Source: Candidatus Saccharimonadota bacterium
GTDB lineage: Bacteria > Patescibacteriota > Gracilibacteria > Absconditabacterales > Absconditicoccaceae
NCBI GenBank assembly: GCA_000503875.1
Contig: CP006913.1
Coordinates: 810,001-842,000 of the forward strand
Length of the DNA: 32,000 bases
Direction: 5' to 3'
A program made the translations under genes and the position numbers. The notes under the pieces were generated by a model. The model was given only the letters and a program-made list of their open reading frames with translations. It searched no databases and had not been told where the DNA came from. Positions 10,876-22,400 of this stretch are shown in pieces; the first letter of the stretch is position 1, and each line of letters begins with the position of its first letter.

Positions 10876-11055
10876 TATGCAGATTAGAATTTCTAATCTG
10901 TCAAACAAAAAAAGAAAACATCAACAAATTCACAATATCTGTAGTCAAAGCAGGAATATAATTATTACAAGGCTTTGCAACCAAACAAAGATATTGCTTT
11001 GATGGTTGATGCATTTTGTTTGTCTTTTATTGCAAATAAAATAAATATTTATAAC

Positions 11056-12024
11056 ATGATAACCAACACAATGGAAATCGAAGAGAAATATCAAGAAATA
11101 TTACAAGATGTTTCCGAATTTTATCATAAAAACCCAAATGGAGTGCTTGTAATTCGAGGTGCTACTGCAACATGAAAAAGCAAACTTTCCATCCTTTTGG
11201 CAAAAGACATCAAAAGCGAAATAATTTCTGCAGATAGTAGACAGATTTTTAAATATATGAATATTGGGACCGATAAGGTACCACTAGAAATCAGAAAAGA
11301 AATCCCTCATTACCAAATAGATATAATAGATCCTGACCAAACATATACTGCCGGCCAATGGAAACAAAATACTCAAAAATATATCGAACAAATTCAAACA
11401 AGTGAAAAGTTACCAATAATAGTAGGTGGGACGGGGCTATACATTGATACCATATACAAGAATTTCTCCCTACCGGAATCAGCCCCCAATCGAGAACTCA
11501 GAAAACAATTAGAAGAAAAAGAAGCACAAGAGGCAGGATACCTCTACAAAGAACTCTCCAAGATAGATCCTGAAGAAGCACAAAAAATGCACCCTAATTC
11601 CACGAGGTACCTTATTAGAGCATTGGAAATTTTTTATACTACAGGAAAAACAAAAACCGAAGGTTTTTTTCAACAAGCAGTACAACAACCGCTATTATTG
11701 CTTTGATTACGAAGAGAAAAAGAAGAAACAAACAAGAGAATTAATGCCAGAATCAAACAAATGTTTAAAGAAGGACTAATAGAAGAAGTTGAATGGCTCT
11801 TGAAGCAATGATACAAATCGAGTTTACAATCAATGCAAGGCATAGGATACAAAGAAGTTGCCGCTTATCTTGAGGGAGAATATGATAAAGAGAAATGTGA
11901 AGAGTTGCTCAGGAGAAATACTCACCACTTGGCGAAAAAACAACGTACCTGGTTTAGAAGATACATCGCCGAAGGTAAAGTTTCGCCAAAAGAAAATGTT
12001 ACCTATAAAACCTATTATTTATAG
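11056..12024 (+). CDS. miaA: tRNA dimethylallyltransferase MiaA
   Basis: The P-loop GATATGKS has its Gly encoded by TGA 11173-11175. Motifs IISADSRQIFKYMNIGTDKV, IIVGGTGLYI and RYLIRALEIFYTTGK. Three track ORFs share one frame. The start is uncertain: in-frame ATGs occur at 11002, 11056 and 11071. Confidence 0.9.
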
Positions 12025-12055
12025 ACAATCATATTTTTTGAAAAGTTATATCTTA

Positions 12056-13531
12056 CTAATTAAGGGTTACTTGAATGTTGTTTCAAAAATCAATCCAAGC
12101 AGAATTAAGAACAGAAACAAGAAATGCTCTTCCATCAGAAAGATATATTGCACGATATTGAGCGGGAATAGCCACACTATCTTTCACTTTACATTCATAA
12201 ACAATAACCTCAGGCTCTGAATCAATCAGATCTTTTTTTGCATATTCAATAATATTTGTCGCTACATAACAGTTTACTCAAGCAATATCTAGATTTTCAG
12301 AAATAGATGTAGAACTATAAGAAATTTTTGAAGAAGGAAATGAAATTGAATGTCCCCTACTTGATGTAAACACCAATGGTTTTTCCAAAGAAATTGGAAA
12401 TTGAGCAACATTTGTTTCTGTTTGAATGGGTTTTGTTTGAGAAACAACGGGAGTATCCAAAGTTGGTGTTAAAGTCGTACCTGTTAAACCGTTTTCTTTG
12501 TAATCAAAGCTTTTAACAGTTCAAAATGATGACAAAGAAAGATCCAATATTATTGTACATTCTGCACTTCATTTTTCCCAAGTTCCTGCAAAAGTAACAG
12601 CTGGTTTACCTTGGTCTATAAATAGTGTCGTCTTTTTAACTTCATTCATAACAATATTTCCTGCCTTACAAAGAGTACTAACTTTAGGTTGAATCATAGT
12701 TTTGATATATTCTGATGATGGCAATATAAGGTAAGAAGAAAGTTTTGTTACTTCTTGTTCTGGTACATTATTAATAAAATAACCAAAAAGATCTTGATTA
12801 GCAAAAAACCAAGAGCTTACCTCAGAGAGTTTATAAAAAGTTGTTCCATATTGAGTCGTAAATGTTTTTTCACTAGAATCAGCAAATGTCGAAGAAAGCT
12901 GTTTACAATCACGGTTAGAATCACCTTTTTTACATAAAAAGTAATCTATTTTTATAGTAGTATTTGATGTAAGTGATTTTATTTCGAGAATATTTTTATC
13001 AGTAGAAATAATCGTATATTCATCAAAAAAACTAGGAGAAAGATACAATCACATTTCAGAAAAATATTGGCCAACAATGGTTCCAGTTTCCAGTTCTCCA
13101 CTCATTAAAGCTCATGAATCAATTTGAGAAGTGATTTTGATGACATCAATTATAAACAATTCTTGATGTTGAGCGTCTATAATTCCTTCTATAAGGATAG
13201 TTCATGAATATTGATTGAGGTTAATAGTTTTACTTTTAAGTCCAAAAACACCACTTGTTAATGTAGAAAGTTTATGCGTATGGGTAATAAAATCACCATC
13301 TTGCGTAAGAATTCATTCTACAGAAACTTCTTCTCACAAAGTAAATCCAGAATTTAATGCAGTACTTTCCAAAGAAAATCCAAAAAACTCATTTATTTTG
13401 TCCCATTTACTAAATACCAAAAAAAGGAAAAAAAGCACGGAAATAAGTATAATCCAGAAAGTGTTAGATGCTCCTTGTTTATGATTAAATGTTGTAGGAA
13501 CGTCTTTTGCAGTAAAATGATTTGTTTCCAT
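12056..13531 (-). CDS. Membrane-anchored hypothetical protein (491 aa)
   Basis: Track ORFs 12278..12460, 12569..13048 and 13334..13621 share one frame. I translated all gaps and found only TGA between them, with the real stop at TAG 12056-12058. The preferred start is ATG 13531 (METNHF...), downstream of a promoter-like site. N-terminal TM helix FWIILISVLFFLFLVF. Confidence 0.65.
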
Positions 13532-13560
13532 AATAAGTAAAAAAGAGTAAAACTTATCTG

Positions 13561-13588
13561 ATTGTAAAAAAAGAAATGCTATTTTCAA
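13561..13588 (-). promoter_or_regulatory. Sigma-70-like promoter for 12056..13531
   Basis: On the minus strand: TTGAAA (13583-13588), 16-nt spacer, TACAAT (13561-13566). Its position argues against the longer ORF start at 13621. Confidence 0.4.
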
Positions 13589-13659
13589 TACAACAACACT
13601 ATTTGTATCACATTTTAACATTTTTGGCTAAGAATTATATCTAGAAAAAAGCTATTTTA

Positions 13660-13687
13660 TTGCAGAAAAGCGTTTTCAGAATATACT
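13660..13687 (+). promoter_or_regulatory. Sigma-70-like promoter for the MscS pair
   Basis: TTGCAG (13660-13665), 16-nt spacer, TATACT (13682-13687). Confidence 0.3.
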
Positions 13688-13720
13688 TATATAAAGATTT
13701 ATTTCTTAGATAGTATATTC

Positions 13721-14626
13721 ATGAATCCAGGAATAACAGCAAAAGCAACTGAAGCAGATCCTTCTGCTATAAACATGCTAATGGATAACGTAGTTGTAAT
13801 ATATGTTTTTAAAATTATTGGAGCAATTCTTGTTATCCTTTTTCTTTTGATGATATCAAAAATCGTAGCAAATATCGTTAGTAAAAAGATTGTTCAAAAC
13901 AGTACAGAAGGAAACAAACATATAGATAAAATCTGAAAATTAATTCACGATATTGTTTTCTATATTTTAGTTATCTTTTCATTTTTTATTTGATTTGAAA
14001 TTGTAGGTTTCAATGTAGGTCTTATCATAGGTTGAATCTCATTTTGAGTATGATTAGCCTTCAAAGAAATTCTTGGAAATATGATTGCAGGAATGATGAT
14101 GCTTTATACAAAGGAATTTAAATTAGGCGATATTGTAGAAATATATGCTGATCAAACATATTTTGGGAGAATTGAGGAAATAACTATCAGATATACTATT
14201 ATAAGAACACTTGATCTCAGGCAGGTAATAGTACCAAATATGACACTTATCACGGTTCCAATTAAAACATTTAGCTCGGAAGATCTTGTTAAATTAAGTG
14301 CGGTTTTTGGTGTTCATTATGATTCAGATGTGCCAAAAGTCTTAAAAATCGTTACCGATACAATTAATGCATTCAACTTTACAAAAGAAAAAGCTAGCAC
14401 AAAAACATTTGTTTCTAATTTTGCAGACAGCTATATAGAAATCAAATCTTTCTTCTATTTTGACCCAAAATGTGGAATTGTACCTGAAGTAGCACTTTGA
14501 GAAATTAATGAAAAAATAAATGACGCATTTATCACAAACAATATAGCTGTACCTTATAATATGCTCACTGTAACATTTGAAAATCCAAAGGATAAAGAAC
14601 ATCTTAAACAAATAACAACATCTTAA
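13721..14626 (+). CDS. MscS-family mechanosensitive channel, paralog 1 (301 aa)
   Basis: Track ORFs 13721..13936 and 14081..14500 are joined through TGAs that fall on Gly in ...GFNVGLIIGGISFGVGLAFKEILGNMIAG. Followed by KLGDIVEI...GRIEEITIRYTIIRTLDLRQVIVPN. TAA at 14624-14626. Confidence 0.85.
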
Positions 14627-14644
14627 TTTATTTATCTTCTATCT

Positions 14645-15481
14645 ATGCAAGAAAGCATTATCTCAACAAGTATATCTTATATTCAAAATAACCGATGAAC
14701 AATTATCGGGAGATGATTTTGAGGAATCGTAGCTTTTATTGCCATGTATATTATCATAAAATATATCGTCAATAGAGTAAAGAGAAAAATGGAAGGAGAT
14801 ACACTTATAGCAGATGTTTATGCCAAAAAAAACTCAAAATTAGTAGGAAGTATTATTTTTATTGTACTAATGATTTTCAATATTCTCTCAACATTTGAAA
14901 TTATTGGATTTGATGTAGCAATCATTATGGGAGGTATTTCATTGAGTCTATGATTCGCTATGGAAACAACAATAGGCAACATGATTTCATGAGTATTTAT
15001 TTTGACCAACAAAAAGATTAAATTGGGTGATTTTGTAGAGTTTTTGGGGAAATTAAACTTAAAAGGAATCATAGAAGAAGTAAATGTAAGATATACGGTT
15101 ATCAGAAGCTTTGACAAAAGAAGAACCATTATACCAAATAGTATTGTAGCAAAAACGCCTATCAGAACATTGAAATCTGAACCAATTCTTAAAGGAGAAC
15201 TTTGATTTACTGTTCCTCGCAATACACCATTTGAAATGGTAAAAGCTATTTTCACACAAATTATTAATAGTAATGATAAAATACTCTACCCAGAATATTG
15301 CAGTATTATGATAGAACATTTTGATAGTACAGGAATACGTTTAAAAGGATTCTTTTTCTCAAATCCAGCAAAAAGAGTCCCATTTCTCATAGCGAGAGAA
15401 ATAAAATGAATACTCTTTGAAGAATTAAAAAAACGTGGAATTGCAATTCCTTATCCACATATAACCATTACTACTGAATAG
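14645..15481 (+). CDS. MscS-family mechanosensitive channel, paralog 2 (278 aa)
   Basis: Runs from ATG 14645 to TAG 15479-15481. Motifs IMGGISLSLGFAMETTIGNMISGVFIL, KLGDFVEF...GIIEEVNVRYTVIRSFDKRRTIIPN and C-terminus ELKKRGIAIPYPHITI. Several TGA are read through. Confidence 0.85.
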
Positions 15482-15485
15482 AAAA

Positions 15486-15508
15486 AACCTGCGAAAGCAG
15501 GTTTTTTT
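15486..15508. terminator. Rho-independent terminator between convergent genes
   Basis: Stem aacctgc / gcaggtt with loop gaaa, a T7 run downstream and an A6 run upstream. Confidence 0.65.
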
Positions 15509-15520
15509 AGAAATATATTA

Positions 15521-16612
15521 TTATTTTTTAATCAATTCGTATACTCATTTTTCAACTCTTTGAAAAAGATTTTTGTATTTTTGAAGATTTAACATCACTG
15601 TATTTGGGCTTACCATCTTTTCTTTTAACATTTCTTTACAAAGTTCTTTAACATTCATAGGTCTTTCATTTTTTTCAAATATTCTTACAAGAATATCTAC
15701 CACTTGACCTCCTTGATATCCCCATTCTCTAAGACCATATATTCCAAGTCCAAGATTTACAAACATATCGTTATTTTTAACTAATTCATTGTGAACAGTG
15801 TTTACTTTAACATTTTTTGCTGGGAACCATTCCATAATTTTTGATGGAAGTTCTTGGAAATGAATTGGTTTATTTACTCTTCTCATTGTATAAAGAATCT
15901 TCAATTTGATAGTTTTTGGATTTACATCAGCAAATTCAGGTAATCCTACTTTTCCATCAAATACATTAATTTCTCTAATAGATTCAAAGAAGTTTACGTA
16001 GAATAAGTCATTTTTTATATAGTGAACATCTTTATAGTCTTTTGCAAAGTTATCTTTTACATATCCAATAAATTCATATAGGTCTTGGCTTTTTGCTCTT
16101 TTTTGAAAGTAAGCATTAATTTCCAATACCATTTTTGTAAGAAGATCTTCATACAAAGGTTCCAAATAGAACGCTTTATTAAGATATTTATTTCTCTTAA
16201 GATAGGTAACATCAAAATCAGATACCAATATAAGTTTAAGTTCTTGTTTAGAGAATTTGAAGATATTCTTGTTTACCATTTTAGAAATCAAAACATCTTC
16301 GCAAAGGAAACCACCATGAACATCAAGAATTTTCTTTGCTTCATTAAGAACTTCCATATAAAGTTCATTTCCTACGATCAATCTTCTAAATCTCATAAGA
16401 GCTTGCGTTTCTATTTGTCTAATTCTTTCACGAGTCAAATTGTATTCCTTTCCAATTCTTTGTAAAGGAGTTTCTTTGTTTCCATCAAGTCCAAATTTCT
16501 TCATAAGAACGAGTCTTTCTTTTGGTTTACAATAAATCAAGACATCCTTCAGGTTTGTGCCTTCTATATCGACTTTAATCCTTTTGTCATCCATTTTTAC
16601 ATTAAAATTCAT
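15521..16612 (-). CDS. Sigma-70 region-4-like HTH protein with C-terminal HARE-HTH-like winged-helix modules (363 aa)
   Basis: Track ORF 15545..16612 extends through TGA 15545-15547 to TAA 15521-15523. The N-terminal ERLVLMKKFGLDGNKETPLQRIGKEYNLTRERIRQIETQALMRFRR is a typical sigma region 4. The C-terminal ...PIHFQELPSKIMEW...VNLGLGIYGLREWGY resembles HARE-HTH. Confidence 0.7.
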
Positions 16613-16654
16613 TTCTTTATATGAAAATGTAAAATTTTATACTTTTCCAATCCC

Positions 16655-16682
16655 ATACTAACGATTCACTGGTTAATGTCAA
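16655..16682 (-). promoter_or_regulatory. Sigma-70-like promoter for 15521..16612
   Basis: On the minus strand: TTGACA (16677-16682), 16-nt spacer, TAGTAT (16655-16660). Confidence 0.3.
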
Positions 16683-16809
16683 GTGTATTTTCGAATTTTA
16701 AAAACCTAGCTGATAACCATTGTATTGCAAGATTTGCTATTTTTTGATAAAAATAAACACAAAATTCGATCTAATTTTCCCTAAAAAAAGCTATTAGCTG
16801 CTAACTAAT

Positions 16810-17916
16810 TTACACATTAAACTTAAAAATCATAACATCACCATCTTGCACAACATATTCTTTTCCTTCCAATCTTACCAATCCTTTCTCTTTTGCCTTT
16901 GTCCAACTTCCATGAGCCAAAAGATCGGTGTATTTTACCACTTCTGCTTTGATAAATCCTCTTTCAAAGTCCGTATGAATTGCTCATGCTGCCTGTGGCG
17001 CTGTTGATCAAATAGGAATAGCCCAAGCTCTTGACTCTTTCTCTCCTGTCGTAAAATAATACATCAATCCAACCTTATTATAGGCCAATGAAATCAAATC
17101 ATCTAACGTAGGGATATGAGCTATATTATCGATAGCCAACAACTCTTTGATAAAATCTTGTTTCTCTTCTCCATCAAAATCCATCATTTCAGATTCGAGT
17201 TTTGCACAAACAATAGACACAGGACTATGTAATTTTTCTTCAAATTCTTTTTGAATCTCTCCTGAAGATCATATATCATCTTGAGAAATATTGATAGCAT
17301 AAACAAACGGTTTCATTGTCAAAAAATTATATGGTTTAATCAATTTCCATTCTTCATTGGAGAGATCATTTCTAAGAACATGAGCAATTTTTCCTTCTTG
17401 CAAGACTTTTTGGATACGAGCAAGTGCATCAGCCAATTTCACATCATCTTTATTCGCAGCTATTCTAGATCTCTTTTGGATATTAGGCAATACTCTCTCT
17501 ATTTGTTCCAAATCAGACAAGATAAGTTCTGTATTGATGATTTCAACATCTCTCATGGGATCAACAGCCCCTTCCACATGTACCACGTCAGTATCCTTAA
17601 AATGTCTCAATACTTGTACAATAGCATCTACTTCTCTAATATGGGACAAAAATTTATTTCCAAGTCCTTCTCCCTGACTAGCTCCTTTCACCAATCCCGC
17701 AATATCCACAAATTCGATAGCCGCATAAACGATCTTCTGGGTGTTAGACATTTTAGAAAGTCGTTCTAGTCTCTTATCTTTTACATTTACGATTCCAACA
17801 TTAGGTTCGATAGTACAAAACGGAAAATTTTCCGCTGGTGCTGCGTATGATTTAGTCAATGCATTAAATAACGTCGATTTTCAAACGTTAGGAAGTCCAA
17901 CAATACCGATCTTCAT
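16810..17916 (-). CDS. ychF: Ribosome-binding ATPase YchF (368 aa)
   Basis: In [21 protein letters not shown] the P-loop Gly is TGA 17881-17883. Motifs [51 protein letters not shown] and ...[19 protein letters not shown]. The two track ORFs share one frame, and the gaps were checked. Confidence 0.95.
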
Positions 17917-18123
17917 ATCTAATTATATTACAAAAATTAAAGTCAGATTTTATTAGTTGATTATATATATTTCACGTTATCCCAACCTTATCAATAAAGA
18001 TTAGAATTCAACGTCCCATCTATAACAATTTCCCAACAAAAAACAATCGAATAAAAAAACTCTCCCATTAAACATCCCAATAAGATATAAAATGAAAGAG
18101 TTAAATCATAAAGAGTTAAATCA

Positions 18124-18333
18124 TTAGGTTCTAATTTTATCCCTTCTAATGCGTTTACATTTGTTACATTTAAAATAAATAACATGCAGATAAGAAGCAT
18201 CTAATTCATCAACTTCAGCAGGACGTGTTAATGTAGCAAGATGATGACGCGTCATAACATCTAACCGTGAATCGGTTTTAAACTCATGCAAAATCTCATC
18301 ATCATGAGAACAGAAAAACTTTTTGAGGTTCAT
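18124..18333 (-). CDS. Small Cys-containing protein (69 aa), possible zinc ribbon
   Basis: Complete ORF from ATG to TAA with no TGA. Contains CSH near the N-terminus and CNKC near the C-terminus. A promoter-like TTGACA (18384-18389), 16-nt spacer and TATATT (18362-18367) lie upstream on the minus strand. Confidence 0.5.
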   Translation of the reverse strand: MNLKKFFCSHDDEILHEFKTDSRLDVMTRHHLATLTRPAEVDELDASYLHVIYFKCNKCKRIRRDKIRT

Positions 18334-18405
18334 ATATTTTGGTTTTGGTTTCGACCAAAAGAATATACATATTTAATATTAAATGTCAATAGAGAAGAAC
18401 TACGC

Positions 18406-19416
18406 CTAATTAATTTCCAGATCTATATGTTTCACCTGAGGGAATTTCTTTTTGATTTCAGCTTCTACGACATCAATTCTCGTACCAATCAATCTCGGTA
18501 ACCTTCCCGTAAAATCTATACAAAATTCCAAGAAAGCTTGATAGTCATCCTTTACTTCTTCGTACTCATTTCTAAAGAAGTTATGTTTTCCAAGTTCCTT
18601 CATAAGCGCTGTTCCATTACATTCGATCTCGCACTTAATATGATAGGAATTAAAATCCAATATACTTGATTTGAAATCCAATACCTTATCGATAATCGGA
18701 TCTGCTTCGAGCATTTCTATAATTTCTTCTTTTATATCATGAGGAATTGCTTTCCCCAACAAAAATGCTCTATTTTTGGCAATCAAAAAGATTGCCATAA
18801 CAGCAAGAAGAACTCAAACCACAAGAGAACCTGCAGAATCCCGGAGAGGGTTTTTGGTTATGTGATATAATCCCAAACTCAGCATAGCAACAAGAACTCA
18901 AAGCACCGCTATACCATCTTCATATACAACCGCCAAAACTACAGGATCTCCATCACGTAATACTTTTTTTCGAGAAGATTCTCTATCATGACGTCTCAGT
19001 TCCCTAACCGCTATAAAAAAAGTAAATCCTTCTACGACAAAAGCAGTTACCAAAGCAATTATAGTAAATTTTCACAGTGCAACTGGGTGCGGATCTAATA
19101 TCCCTTCCACCCCGTGATACAAAGTTACTCCCGCACCCAGAAAAAATATTCAACACGCAGAAATCAGTGCCCAGAGGAATCTTTCTTTTCCAAAACCATA
19201 GGAAAAAGTACTATTAGCAGCTCTTCAAGAACTTTTGATACCAACCAATAACAAAGATTGATTGAGAAGATCTGCTAAACTATGAATAGCTTCTGAAAAG
19301 AGTGTTCAAGAACCCGAAAGAGAAAATCCAATAAATTTAAGAATCATAATAGATCAGTTTCACAAAAGAGCAGCTAATACTGACCAAAAACCATGTTTAT
19401 AGTGACCCGACGACAT
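18406..19416 (-). CDS. Cation diffusion facilitator (CDF) family transporter (336 aa)
   Basis: Runs from ATG 19416 to TAG 18406-18408, frame checked with many TGA. Motifs TLFSEAIHSLADLLNQ, FSYGFGKERFLWALISA and ...DSAGSLVVGVLLAVMA, plus the cytoplasmic C-terminal domain (track ORF 18406..18798). Confidence 0.85.
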
Positions 19417-19480
19417 TGTGTAAAACAAAAATAAATATCCAACAGTATAGGGATCGTTTACAAAAAAACAATATGATATT

Positions 19481-22400
19481 CTATGCAGAAGCTGAAGTAG
19501 GCGGTACTTGTTCAGGAGTAGCTGCTGGTGCGGGTACATCTTTTTCAGAAACCCCTAGTCTTGCAGCCATCTCAGCATCCACAAATTCTCTCTTTCTTCC
19601 ATATTTCTTGGAAGAATATTCTTTGAGAATAGGTACGATTTTTAGGTTTTGATAATCCTTAGTATAGATAGCATTCATACTAAATACACGAGTTGTTGAG
19701 TTATCAATATTGAGTTTAATATACGCTTTATAATTGGCGATTCCTACAATATCTTGTCCTGATAATACCGGAGCATATTCTTTTTCCAAGAATTCTGCAT
19801 CGGGAGCACCGACCTTAAATGATTGCATTGTTCCAACGTTACCAAACACGGCTGCTTTTACATCTCATTTTCCTCCTCCATCACCACCAAGTCCTTTAGC
19901 TGGTTCTAGCTGTGCAATATATTGATGCGCCATAATCAAGCAAAGTCTATATTTTCTGGCTTCTGACAAGATATCCGCAAAAGTTCCTGAAACAAAGTTT
20001 TGGAATTCATCGACATAGAGATAGAAATCTTTTCTGTCTTTTTCTGGCATTTTGGCTCTCGCCATAGCTCATGTATAAATTTTAGAAACAATAATCATAC
20101 CCAGAAGTTGTGCATTTAACTCCCCAATTCTACCTTTACTGAGATTGATAATCAGAATTTTTCTATTGTTCATTACATCTTCGAACGTAAACGCTGATTT
20201 TGTTTGTCCAATAATATTTCTAATCAATCTATTGGTATTAAATGATACGAATTTAGCAGACAAATACGGGATAATTTCTTGTTTTTCTCTATCTCCCATA
20301 GAAGCAAATGTCTTATCCCGCCAGTTTCTTACCGTAGCATTGGTTACTTTTTTACATTTATATTCTCTATAGCTTTCATCAGTAAATAATCTGACCACAT
20401 CAAGCAAAGTTGGTCTATCATCAAAATCTTCCAACAAGGTCAAACTTCCATATTTAAAATATTCTTGCAACCTTGGACCAAAAATTTCTGGACCAAACAT
20501 CTTCAAGAAAATTTCTGTAGCATCATTTACTACTCTATCTGCTTCATCCAAATTACTAATTTCATAGAGATTAAGTCCCATTGGTCTTTCTTCATTTCCT
20601 GCGTCGAAATAGATAACATCTTTTGCTCTCTCTTTTGGAATATAAGCAAGGACATCTTCTGCTAAATCGCCATGCGGATCAATCAAACAGATTCCATCAC
20701 CATTCCAGATATCTTGTCTTGCCATTGTTTGCAAGAATACGGATTTACCGGTACCTGATTTTCCAATACAATAATGATGTCTGGTTCTATCCTCTCTTTT
20801 CATATAGACCGGAGAATAGTTGTTTCTGTAGATATTTGCTCCAAGAAGCACTCCATCTTTAAATACTTTATATCCATGAATTTGTTTTTCTCCAATTTCT
20901 TTTACAAATTTATGCCCATCTTTTTCTACAATTTCTTTGCCTGTAAGTTGCTCAGAAGTATATTCAGTAACTGGTGTTAATTTTTCTTGTTTTTCTGTTT
21001 TTGTTCCTACTGCTCGATGATTTGGATATTCTTCCAAAATAGAACTAACACTTCCATTTTTATAGTTCTCTGCAAATTTACCATCAATAATATATCCGCC
21101 AAAATCTTTGAGTACTGGCAAATTTTCTGGTGCAGGCAACACTTTATATTGCATCCAAGAAATAGCTGGTGAACGGTTATATGCATTATCAGGGAAATGG
21201 AACAATGAAGCTAATTCATTTACTCCAAAATAATGTTTACTAAAGAAGAAACTCGTCAAACCAAACAATGCTGCAAACTTTCGCATTGGTTTAAAAAAGA
21301 ATCAGAATACATCATGTTTATTATTTTGATCACAAAATTCATTTCCATATTCATCTCCATATACATTGTACGAACTCGTTAATATATCCAAATTTGCATC
21401 CAAACTTTGTTTATTATCAGAAGAAGAAATCAACATTAATCAAGCTTGATAAAATGGCAAAGATGCTTCTTCACCCATACTATTGAGATAATCTTCTTTC
21501 GCTTTTACCATACGTACAAAATCCTTTCCTCCAACTTCACCTCCAGCCTGCTCTTCTTGTGGATTTTTATCTTTAGGACCACTAATCAACATTGATATAA
21601 GCGTAAAAGGATTGAGATATTTGAAAAAGCTTTTAATTTTGTAATGAGGATCGGTATATTTTTTATCATTTCTATAGAGTCCATTTGCCCATTTTTGAGC
21701 TTTTTTATTCATCCAATCACCAACGGGTTTGATAGGCATCACAATACTTACCGTATCATATTGAGAAATTTTTCCCATAGCATCGATAATATTATTAATC
21801 GGATCATCAGACATCTGTTTATAAATTCTGATATTATATACTTGGTTCTTTTTGGGTACCAACGGCATAATATCATAATATTTCTTTTTAAACAATTTTG
21901 GTGTTTCAATTCTTTCTATAGAACAATCGGAATATTGCGCAGAAATTGCTCCTTCCAAAATCTTTTGATATTCTGGGTAAACACCCATAATAAATGATAA
22001 TTGACCATCTTCATAATGATAAATCAGAGTTACCTTTGGTTTATAAAATAGTCGATGTAAGAACGAATCCATTGTACTCAATTCTCCAAGTTTGTGAACA
22101 TTATGAAAAACCTGAGACATACGACCTATTTTTTCCTTCATATCTTTTGCAAGTTCTTTTTGTTGCTCACGATCAGATTTACCATCATTTCTTGGAAACA
22201 TCACCTTGAGATAAATCATTCTAGGTGCGTTCAATACATCATAACAAAAATGAAGTAATTTTCTGATAAATTTTGTAAAAATTATTGCCAAAAGAGCAAT
22301 ACTAACACCCCACAAAATATAATACCCCCAAGAAGAGATAACATCCAATCAAAGAGAATCCAAAAAAGAAGTAGAAGTTCCTGTTGTTGTTTGAACTTCT

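Noticed and set aside
11858-12220. Plus-strand ORF 11858..12220
   Set aside because: It is out of frame with miaA over its first part and antisense to 12056..13531 over the rest.
14818-15319. Minus-strand ORFs 14818..15255 and 15059..15319
   Set aside because: They are antisense to the second MscS gene, whose plus-strand frame carries the family motifs.
15451-15459. Perfect DnaA-box-like TTATCCACA
   Set aside because: It is a single copy inside the coding sequence of the second MscS gene (encoding ...PYPH...), so it is most likely chance.
16085-17769. Plus-strand ORFs 16085..16465 and 17281..17769
   Set aside because: They are antisense to the sigma-r4/HARE-HTH gene and to ychF respectively.
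17988-18200. Minus-strand ORF 17991..18200 (hydrophobic 69 aa) as a small membrane-protein gene
   Set aside because: It overlaps the better-supported 18124..18333 gene by 77 nt in another frame. Part of it is created by the 15-bp tandem duplication. No convincing internal start lies downstream of the overlap. It cannot be excluded.
20145-22209. Plus-strand ORFs inside the T4CP-like gene (20145.., 20465.., 20623.., 20774.., 20987.., 21644.., 21994..)
   Set aside because: All are antisense shadows of a gene with clear ATPase motifs, and none carries a recognisable motif.
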